Virus record (IMG/VR): IMGVR_UViG_3300020147_000020
Location: 1 to 37,412 of that record
Origin: a virus
Strand: one strand, 5' to 3'
Length of the DNA: 37,412 bases
The notes under the pieces were generated by a model. The model searched no databases, was not told where the DNA came from, and saw only the letters and a program-made list of their open reading frames with translations. Each line of letters starts with the position of its first letter. The first letter of the stretch is position 1. Position numbers and translations under genes: made by a program. Positions 6,084 to 13,660 of this stretch are shown piece by piece.

Positions 6084-7589
6084 GTGGAAGAGCAGCAATT
6101 TGGCGCCTGGCCGAAACAAGTCGAGGTCATGACTGCTGTTCGTGATGCTAAAAAGAATGGCATCACCGAAATATTTATGATTGGCCCGATTGGTAGTACC
6201 AAAACATTCGCCATGGCCATGACTCATATCAGCATTGCCTATGAGTTCAACAACTGCATTATTCCAGTAGGTCGCAAAGACTTATCAGAGGCTCAAATTG
6301 GTACTTGGGAAGTATATATGGAAGCTCTAGGAAAGATGGGATTTGTAGCTAACCGACACTATACTGTTCGCCAAGCACCAAACGACTTGCGTATAAAATT
6401 CTTCGAGACAAACTCAATCATCCAATTTATTGGTATGAACAAAAGCCGAGATCGCGACTGGGCTAAACTTAAGATTACCGCTACCACTGCCGGTATCGAT
6501 GAAGTTGACGACGTTGATGAAGGTGGCTATGTGACCCTACAATCACGTACAGGGCGTAGAAACGATAACGGCGCCCCTAGTGTCACGTTGTCCGCCTGTA
6601 ACCCTAACGACGGCTGGACAAAGCGTAAGATATACTTGCCCTGGCTTAAACGCATTGGCCGACGCCCAGACAACATGACCGATGAGGAATGGGAGTCGAT
6701 TGAGCCACTACCGCCTCATATCATGGTTATTGAGTTTGAAATGGAAGATAGCCCACTTTATTTAACTGGCTACTACGATCGCTTCATGGACCGTCCAAAG
6801 AGTTGGAAGGAACGCTTTTTATACAATAACTGGAACTACTTTGATGATGATAACTCGCTGTTTAAATCGCGTACACTCGATACGCTTACCATCAATCGAC
6901 TGAAGCGTGGCAAGAAGTACATAGGCGTTGACCCGAATGCTGGAGGCAATGACAGAGCAGTTATTTGCCTCTGGGAAGACGACACTATCGTAGACATCGA
7001 GGTATATACTACTGAACAGCTTAGGAAGCTCGCCCAGCCTGACGAGATAGAGCCGCTAAACACAGGCGCTATTATCGGCCGCCTTACAATAGCCATGGCT
7101 GAGCGGGAAGGTGTAGGGTATGAGTACATAGGTGGCGATGTTGTTGGTATTGGCCAAGGGTGGCTTACATACATGCTTGGAAAGGGATACAAAGTAAAGC
7201 AGTTTCGTTCTGGTGATGCGCCCTATCAGACGCTAGCTGAGAAGTCACGTAACATTAAGCCCCCATACAATATGCTACGCTCTCAAGTTTTCCACAAATG
7301 GGCTATGGATACTGAGAATAGCAAAGCCTTCATGTATTCTGGCTGCCCGTTCATCAGCGAGCTAAAAAAAGAACTATTACTACACGAATACGACGAATCT
7401 GCAAAAGTGCTTGCCGTTGAGTCAAAAGAGCAGCTTAAAAAACGCCTTGGCATGAGTCCGGACATCGCCGATGGCGCAATGGTAGGCTATTGGGTTAGAA
7501 TGATTACAAGTAGTCAAAGCACAAGCAACCAGACAATAACAGTCGGCGGCAGCTACGACGAACTGTACAATAGCAACAATTGGTTTTAG
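6084..7589 (+). CDS. terL: terminase large subunit
   Basis: It has a Walker A-like GPIGSTKT, a Walker B-like AGIDEVDD, and C-terminal RNaseH-like nuclease acidic motifs (IGVDPNAGGND, SPDIADG). Confidence 0.9.
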   Translation: MEEQQFGAWPKQVEVMTAVRDAKKNGITEIFMIGPIGSTKTFAMAMTHISIAYEFNNCIIPVGRKDLSEAQIGTWEVYMEALGKMGFVANRHYTVRQAPNDLRIKFFETNSIIQFIGMNKSRDRDWAKLKITATTAGIDEVDDVDEGGYVTLQSRTGRRNDNGAPSVTLSACNPNDGWTKRKIYLPWLKRIGRRPDNMTDEEWESIEPLPPHIMVIEFEMEDSPLYLTGYYDRFMDRPKSWKERFLYNNWNYFDDDNSLFKSRTLDTLTINRLKRGKKYIGVDPNAGGNDRAVICLWEDDTIVDIEVYTTEQLRKLAQPDEIEPLNTGAIIGRLTIAMAEREGVGYEYIGGDVVGIGQGWLTYMLGKGYKVKQFRSGDAPYQTLAEKSRNIKPPYNMLRSQVFHKWAMDTENSKAFMYSGCPFISELKKELLLHEYDESAKVLAVESKEQLKKRLGMSPDIADGAMVGYWVRMITSSQSTSNQTITVGGSYDELYNSNNWF

Positions 7590-7616
7590 AATATAAATAT
7601 ATATGGAGAGTAGGCA

Positions 7617-9833
7617 GTGAAAATATTTGGACGTGAGGTAACGCTCAGTCGTGAGAAACCGCCGAAGGTCATCGGGAGAGAGCAGGGGTCAAGCCTTGAA
7701 GCCGGTGCACCGTACGCAAGTTACCTAGAAGACGATTTTTTTAATGGCCGTAGAAAGCCTAGGATTAAAGAGATCATGAACATGATCGACACCGATGGCA
7801 CGGCAGCTATGCTATATAGCGTCGTTACCTTCCCCCTACTCGCAGCTACGTGGCGCATTGACGCCGACCCAAAAGATGTTGCTATAGACTCTAACGGTAA
7901 CGAGACACACCCCCAAGCTGACTTTGTAGAAGCCGCGTTGCGAAATCCTGAGCACAAAGGGGGGATGTCCACTCCATTTAGCTTAGTTATGTCAGAGATG
8001 GTTCTAGCCATTGCTCAGGGCTATAAATTCTTTGAGATTGTCTATAAGCTGAACGACGACGGAAAGATAGTATTTAAGAAAATCGTAAGCCGCGACTACC
8101 GTCAGATTGAAATACTAACGGACGAGACTGGTGGTTTTGACGGCGTGAAGCAAACCGTTAGTCGCGACGGAAAAGAAGTGACTGTCACGATTGACTTGCC
8201 TTATTGTTTCTTGTTTACGCATCGGAAGGACCGCAACAAGCTAAAAGGCATGAGTGCATTTACTTCCGCTTGGTATCACTATGACAAGAAGCATCGTTTT
8301 TACTATCTGTCTTATCAGCAAGCTAACGCATCGGCTATCAACCCTAAGAGCCTTGAAGAACCAGACGGTGTGACTCCAGAGGTGCGGGACGCTAATCTGC
8401 AAGCCGCACATCGAATGGCGACGCGACCAGTTATCTCTCTGCCCTTTGGATGGAAACTAAACGTACATTCACCCGGCCAGGTAATGGATATGATACCTCA
8501 CCTCAACCATCACGATGCACAGATGGCGCGCTCGTTCTTAGCCCAAATGCTTCTCTTAGGAAACCAGCAGGGAAACAGTGGTGGCAGCTACTCACTGAGC
8601 GAGAACCATAGCGACCTATTTATTCTCGGCATACAGTCAATCATGAACTCAATTGAGGAGCATATAAACGCTTTCCTCATAGCTAAATTACACAACTACA
8701 ACTTTGATAATCCTCTTTACTCGAGCTTCAAGTTCAATGATCTTACGAACGCGAATAAGCTTCTCTTGCGTGAAGCTTTTAAGGCCCTTGTATCTAAAGG
8801 TACTTTGCCGCAGTGGATTACCGATGGCATATCAGAGAAGGTTGCCGAGCAACTAGACATACCCATGCCCGACGAAGGAGTGGAAGAAGAACCAGACGAT
8901 GACGGCAATACCCCATCGTCTGGCGCAACAGTGGAGCAATCACGACAATCAAAAGTGACTAAGCTCGCAAAGCCAACGTGGTGGCGCGAGCTTACAGCAC
9001 CGGAAGCTAAGGTTAACTTTTCCTCCATTCAGAAGAAAGCCGATAGCGCAGAAGACAAATTGCTCAACGAGATGCGACCTGTATTTGATAAAATCAGAAA
9101 AGATGCTACAGATAGGCTTAAGCCACTTATCGAGGAGCAAGGCGCCCGAGCACTTGACGGCTTTGAACTAAAATATCCTGATGAACTTCGCCGCGTGATG
9201 TCGGACAACATGATATCTATGTACAGCACTGCCAAGAATATGGCAGCTGACGAACTCAAGGTCGCAGCACCAGCCAACAAGCAAAAGTCTAAGGACTTAA
9301 TGATCGAGCACACTAAAGCTATTGTTGAGAAGCAGTATGGCGACCTGCTGTTCAACGTAAAGACCATAGTGACTGATGCGGTGCGAAAAAACCTGCTTGA
9401 TAAGACCGAGCTGTCTGTTGGAGAAGTGATCGCAGCAATATCCGCTGCCTTTTTCGCCTTTTTCGAAGAGAAAGAGCCGCTTACCGCTGGAGCTATCATT
9501 AGCGCCGCCATAAATATCGGACGCGATGATGTGTTCATGGATAATGCCAAAGACGTTTACGCTTTCCAGTATTCGGGTATACTTGATACAAGGATATGCA
9601 ATATTTGCAAGGACCTTGATGGCAGTGTCGTCGAAGAAGCGACTTACTACTCGACAAAGTGGATGCCACCCATTCACTTCAACTGTCGCTGTATATGGGT
9701 CGCTATCATGGAAGACGAAGAAGATAAGCCAGCAATCACTGGCCTTCCTGAATCACCTGGCGGAGCAACTCAACCATCATTATCAGCATCTAACAGAGGA
9801 TTAACATGGCATACAAAGACGGCGACGAAGTAG
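7617..9833 (+). CDS. portal protein fused to a MuF/SPP1-gp7-like minor head protein domain
   Basis: 738 aa. The N-terminal ~430 aa are portal-like by position and size. The C-terminus carries the MuF signature (LDTRICNICKDLDG...PPIHFNCRC). Confidence 0.8.
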   Translation: MKIFGREVTLSREKPPKVIGREQGSSLEAGAPYASYLEDDFFNGRRKPRIKEIMNMIDTDGTAAMLYSVVTFPLLAATWRIDADPKDVAIDSNGNETHPQADFVEAALRNPEHKGGMSTPFSLVMSEMVLAIAQGYKFFEIVYKLNDDGKIVFKKIVSRDYRQIEILTDETGGFDGVKQTVSRDGKEVTVTIDLPYCFLFTHRKDRNKLKGMSAFTSAWYHYDKKHRFYYLSYQQANASAINPKSLEEPDGVTPEVRDANLQAAHRMATRPVISLPFGWKLNVHSPGQVMDMIPHLNHHDAQMARSFLAQMLLLGNQQGNSGGSYSLSENHSDLFILGIQSIMNSIEEHINAFLIAKLHNYNFDNPLYSSFKFNDLTNANKLLLREAFKALVSKGTLPQWITDGISEKVAEQLDIPMPDEGVEEEPDDDGNTPSSGATVEQSRQSKVTKLAKPTWWRELTAPEAKVNFSSIQKKADSAEDKLLNEMRPVFDKIRKDATDRLKPLIEEQGARALDGFELKYPDELRRVMSDNMISMYSTAKNMAADELKVAAPANKQKSKDLMIEHTKAIVEKQYGDLLFNVKTIVTDAVRKNLLDKTELSVGEVIAAISAAFFAFFEEKEPLTAGAIISAAINIGRDDVFMDNAKDVYAFQYSGILDTRICNICKDLDGSVVEEATYYSTKWMPPIHFNCRCIWVAIMEDEEDKPAITGLPESPGGATQPSLSASNRGLTWHTKTATK

Positions 9834-10144
9834 TAAAGGGCACTACCTGGTTCTTCCCTGTTAGCATTGAGGATACTCAAGCAGATAACCCCGACTACAC
9901 CCAGTACAAAGCCTACTTCACCATTAAGAAAACACTTGAAGACAGCGATGAGGATGCCATATATTTTGATGACCTCGTTTTCGATTCAGGCGGGCATGTG
10001 GAGTTCATTATTGAGCCAGAGCTAACTAAAGGTTATCCCGCGGGGTATTGGCACCGAGCGGTAAAAGTCATTGGTCCTGACGTTCAAGACGAGATTGCAA
10101 CAGAATTCACAATATTAGAAAGCGGAGTAAAGACTACCTCATGA
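9806..10144 (+). CDS. hypothetical virion-module protein
   Basis: 112-aa ORF overlapping the portal 3' end and coupled to the next gene by a 4-nt overlap. Confidence 0.65.
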   Translation: MAYKDGDEVVKGTTWFFPVSIEDTQADNPDYTQYKAYFTIKKTLEDSDEDAIYFDDLVFDSGGHVEFIIEPELTKGYPAGYWHRAVKVIGPDVQDEIATEFTILESGVKTTS

Positions 10145-11772
10145 TAACTAAAGTCACTACCAAGCGGCCATTAATAATCAGGTTTAAACAGTTCAAAGTT
10201 GGCGGTATCCCTGTATCTGAAAAAGGGCAGCCGAACGGCGTAGCGACGCTCGGCCCTGACGGCAAAGTACCCTCTGCTCAACTGCCATCGTTTACCGCCC
10301 CTGTAACTAGCGTTAACTCGCGCACTGGTGATGTCGTTGTCACTAAAACTGACGTTGGTTTAAGCCTTGTCCCTAATGTTGATGCCCGAGCTCGATCTAC
10401 TCATACTGGTACGCAAACTGCAAGCACTATCTCTGATTTTCAGTCAACCGTATCAGCTAATGTTGATGTTTCCGCAAATACTGCCGCCCGCCATACACAC
10501 TCAAATAAGGCCATTCTCGACGCTACTACCGCTAGCTTTACTACTGCCGATGAAACAAAGCTAGATGGTATAGAGGCAGGTGCGACCACGGACCAGGTAG
10601 CGTCTGAGGTGCCGTTCACTCCTAACGGGGATATCGTCGCAACTAATGTCCAGGCAGCCATACAGGAGGTGAGGGACGATACGGACACGAAACTGGCGGG
10701 TAAAGCCTCCACAGCATATGTTGATGCCAAAAATGCTGCTAACACCAGGAATATAGTTCAGAACGCTCACGGCTTTACTGTTGGCCACGTCTTAAGATAT
10801 AACGGTACGTCATACGTGCTTGCACAAGCGGATAGCTCAACCAACGCTGAAGTGATCGGCATCGTGTCGGCCGTACTCGGCGCAAACAGCTTTACACTAC
10901 TTACTGACGGCTATATTACGTCTCTCAGTGGGTTAACGCCTGGAACTACTTATTTCTTGAGCGCTACGACGCCTGGGGCTATTACCGACGTTCCACCCTC
11001 GACCGCCGGTCAGGTAAGCAAGCCCCTGCTTCGATCTGATAGCGCAACGAGCGGTAACTTTGTGAACTATCGCGGTATCAACATCATCACCGGTACTGGC
11101 GCAGAACAGCCATCTGCTTCGGCCTTACGGGTCCGTCCGATTATTAATTTCGACTTTACCTATGTGTCTGCCAGTATGGGGCCGTTTATTAGCATCGCTG
11201 TAGCGGGCGGTTCGGTTACTATCCCAAGTATTGGCGGCATGCCTAATCATCCCGGTATGGCACGAATTAGGAGCAGCACCACAACTAACGGTGGCGGATA
11301 TGTTGGCACAAACACCACTCAGCTACGCATCGGTGGCGGTGAGATGTTTGAAGCCGTAGTTTACCCAAACACCTTTACATCAACTACTACTCGCCTGGGG
11401 TTCTTAGACACGGCTAGCTCAGTCGATGCGACTGACGGTGCATACTTTGAGATAGACAGCACCGGCATGGTAGTGGCGAAGACTGCCAGTAACGGTGTGC
11501 GCACCACTGCCGGCACAACAGCTGCTCTCGCAACCGGGCAGTGGTATCGAATGGTGGTAGAGGTAAATAACACTGCAACTTCCGTTCTCTTCACGGTATA
11601 CAATGAATCTAACACTGCTATTTACTCGCAGAGTATAGCAACCAACATCCCCACAGCTGTAGGCCGTGACACCGGTCTAGGGGTAATATCTACCGACTCA
11701 GGAGTTGTTGCACAGGACCTAATACACATCGACTATATGGCTTTGACATATACAAAAGATATTAGTAGATAG
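10141..11772 (+). CDS. tail-fibre-like protein encoded inside the head module
   Basis: Fibre-type motifs include GQPNGVATLGPDGKVPSAQLP, SVNSRTGDVVVTKTDVGL and HTHSNKAILD...KLDGIE. The C-terminal ~220 aa form a beta-rich domain of unknown class. Confidence 0.75.
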   Translation: MITKVTTKRPLIIRFKQFKVGGIPVSEKGQPNGVATLGPDGKVPSAQLPSFTAPVTSVNSRTGDVVVTKTDVGLSLVPNVDARARSTHTGTQTASTISDFQSTVSANVDVSANTAARHTHSNKAILDATTASFTTADETKLDGIEAGATTDQVASEVPFTPNGDIVATNVQAAIQEVRDDTDTKLAGKASTAYVDAKNAANTRNIVQNAHGFTVGHVLRYNGTSYVLAQADSSTNAEVIGIVSAVLGANSFTLLTDGYITSLSGLTPGTTYFLSATTPGAITDVPPSTAGQVSKPLLRSDSATSGNFVNYRGINIITGTGAEQPSASALRVRPIINFDFTYVSASMGPFISIAVAGGSVTIPSIGGMPNHPGMARIRSSTTTNGGGYVGTNTTQLRIGGGEMFEAVVYPNTFTSTTTRLGFLDTASSVDATDGAYFEIDSTGMVVAKTASNGVRTTAGTTAALATGQWYRMVVEVNNTATSVLFTVYNESNTAIYSQSIATNIPTAVGRDTGLGVISTDSGVVAQDLIHIDYMALTYTKDISR

Positions 11773-11841
11773 GATGTTTATCAAGAGTAGCGATGATATC
11801 GAATAGGTTTATGCCTGCGAAGGGCTAAGAGTAGACAAAAC

Positions 11842-11875
11842 AAAACGACCCTAGTGCCAAGGGTCGTTTTATTAT
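11842..11875. terminator. Bidirectional intrinsic terminator
   Basis: A 10-bp stem (aaaacgaccc with gggtcgtttt) and 9-nt loop, with A/T runs on both sides. It lies between convergent genes. Confidence 0.8.
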
Positions 11876-11914
11876 AAGATTGGTACTAATTGCTTAAGGG
11901 ACGGTTAGACATTC

Positions 11915-12082
11915 TTAGTATACACCGCCATCACGGCCACGACCAATAAACCGCTGGACTAGCCAGACGGCTAGTATCACGATGGCCAGCCAGAAAAGTA
12001 AGTGGATTGCCCAGTAGGTAACTTCCATGAGCGCGACTGCGATTAGCCAGACAAGAATTAATGTGATTGCTACTGCTAACAT
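11915..12082 (-). CDS. 55-aa two-helix hydrophobic peptide (moron; below ORF-track cutoff)
   Basis: Manual translation: MLAVAITLILVWLIAVALMEVTYWAIHLLFWLAIVILAVWLVQRFIGRGRDGGVY. An AAGGAG RBS lies 6 nt upstream, and the gene has its own promoter and terminator. Confidence 0.6.
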   Translation of the reverse strand: MLAVAITLILVWLIAVALMEVTYWAIHLLFWLAIVILAVWLVQRFIGRGRDGGVY

Positions 12083-12100
12083 GTTGAACTCCTTTTTGTT

Positions 12101-12109
12101 ATTATACCA
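12101..12109 (-). promoter_or_regulatory. Extended -10 promoter element TGGTATAAT proximal to the 55-aa ORF
   Basis: The minus strand reads TGgTATAAT, ~19 nt upstream of the ATG at 12082 and directly after a hairpin plus T-run. Confidence 0.45.
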
Positions 12110-12113
12110 TCAA

Positions 12114-12142
12114 TAAAAATACTCCGCTGTAGTCACGGAGTA
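12114..12142 (-). terminator. Intrinsic terminator/attenuator hairpin inside the 5' region of the peptide gene
   Basis: The minus strand reads tactccg-tgactacag-cggagta followed by tttttatt. Confidence 0.45.
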
Positions 12143-12237
12143 GTAGGTGCCATTAGGAGCCTTACGCTGTCGATGCCGACTATTGGGGCTTTGTAGTAAT
12201 TAACAGCGGGCGTACCGTCTCAGTTGATTACTATATT

Positions 12238-12266
12238 ATAGTAGCATAGATTAACTTTATTGTCAA
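12238..12266 (-). promoter_or_regulatory. Sigma70-type promoter TTGACA-17-TACTAT, minus strand
   Basis: The -35 is at 12266-12261 and the -10 at 12243-12238. It diverges from the GH18 gene. The spacer differs from the conserved early-promoter spacer. Confidence 0.5.
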
Positions 12267-12337
12267 TACATATTGACCCTTTAAACTATAAGCGTGTTAC
12301 TATACAAGTACAAAACTAAACGAATGGAGACAAACTA

Positions 12338-13309
12338 ATGCAAGAGCCTCTTAGAAGCGGTTGGCTGTTCCCTGACAGCACCGTAAGCCCTATCACTGAC
12401 ATACAAAACACTAACTGGCACGCTATCAGCGCAATGTGGTTCCATGTTAGCAGCACCGGCACGCTAGTATTAAGGAATGCAGCATCACACGGACAATTCC
12501 ACTATAACGCTACACGAGCCCAGATCGTCAGAGATAATAGCAGCCTTGCGCTAGTTAATGTTTCATGTGCTAACCCGACCTATATGCACGCAATGTGCTA
12601 TAACACTACCAAACGACCAGCCGCGATTAATACACTGATTGATTTTGTAACCACTAACAATCTTGATGGCGTGGATATTGACTTCGAAGGTTTTGCAAGT
12701 TTTGGCCCAAATATGTGGACTGGTTATAAAGTGTTTCTCACCGAGCTTGGCAATGCCTTGCATAACATCGGAAAGGTCTTGTATGTAGAAGTTCCGCCTA
12801 TCTGGAATAACACAACGACTATGGGGACTGGCAAAGAATGGATGGAGCGCAACTCACAAGGTTACTACCCTAACTTCAAATACGAGAGCTTTAACACTAT
12901 ACCAGTCGATAAAGTAGTTATCATGGCTTATGACTACCATTATGATATGACCGTCGGCACTCCTAACCAACCACTAGAGTGGCTGCGAGATATCCTGAAG
13001 TGGGCTAAGACTACTATCACTGACGATACCCGCATCGTTGCCGGACTTCCTGTTGCAGGATACGGCGGGACCACTGGTAGTTATGCGCAAACTGGCGCTG
13101 GCTATGACTGGCTTGTTAAGCAGCCCGGATTTAACTTAACCTCCCGGGATGCTTCAAGTTCTGAGATCATTTGGCAGAACGCAGATAAAAGCTATGCCCT
13201 CATTGACCAAACTGCCCTAGAGGATAAGATCGAAGTGTGTGTTGAGGAAGGAATTGGCGAGTACATGCTGTGGCACATCGGTGGTAATCTATATGGCAAA
13301 GATGTATAA
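12338..13309 (+). CDS. glycoside hydrolase family 18 (chitinase / endo-beta-N-acetylglucosaminidase-like)
   Basis: Contains the GH18 catalytic signature DGVDIDFE (DxxDxDxE). The RBS is GGAGA. No N-terminal signal peptide is evident. Confidence 0.85.
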   Translation: MQEPLRSGWLFPDSTVSPITDIQNTNWHAISAMWFHVSSTGTLVLRNAASHGQFHYNATRAQIVRDNSSLALVNVSCANPTYMHAMCYNTTKRPAAINTLIDFVTTNNLDGVDIDFEGFASFGPNMWTGYKVFLTELGNALHNIGKVLYVEVPPIWNNTTTMGTGKEWMERNSQGYYPNFKYESFNTIPVDKVVIMAYDYHYDMTVGTPNQPLEWLRDILKWAKTTITDDTRIVAGLPVAGYGGTTGSYAQTGAGYDWLVKQPGFNLTSRDASSSEIIWQNADKSYALIDQTALEDKIEVCVEEGIGEYMLWHIGGNLYGKDV

Positions 13310-13330
13310 TTAAAACGGTTCCCTCGAACC

Positions 13331-13369
13331 AATATCACCCCAACGCCGCTGTGGGGTGATATTTTTTTA
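13331..13369 (+). terminator. Intrinsic terminator after the GH18 gene
   Basis: A 12-bp stem (aatatcacccca with tggggtgatatt) is followed by a T7 run. Confidence 0.85.
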
Positions 13370-13660
13370 TAAATATGTTATCGTATGTATGTACACGTTT
13401 TGGTTTTAGCGTGCACAACCTTATACCCCCTAGTGTAGTGCCGTATGAATTCCATACGGCATTGTGCTATCATGAATATATCCTTCGGTCTAAGACGGGT
13501 TTCAATCAGTAAATACCACCTTTAATCGGTGGTATTTGTATGTTATTATAGCCTTAACCTTCAATTGGCATGAGAGTGGATAAGGGCTACGTTAGCGCGT
13601 AGCCCTTTCACGTTTAAGCACTAGCTATAAAAAAAGTAAAGCCTATGTCATAATACAGGT

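Noticed and set aside
10141-11772. Diversity-generating retroelement targeting the fibre-like gene.
   Set aside because: No reverse transcriptase ORF exists in the genome, and I found no template/variable repeat pair matching the 3' end of this gene or of the other fibre genes.
13439-13537. Hairpins considered as a tRNA gene or a group II intron domain V.
   Set aside because: The 9-10 bp uninterrupted stems with 5-7 nt loops do not fit a cloverleaf, since there is no acceptor, D or T arm and no GTTCRANNC T-loop. They also lack the bulged two-helix GNRA-capped domain V. No tRNA-like sequence was seen in any intergenic region.
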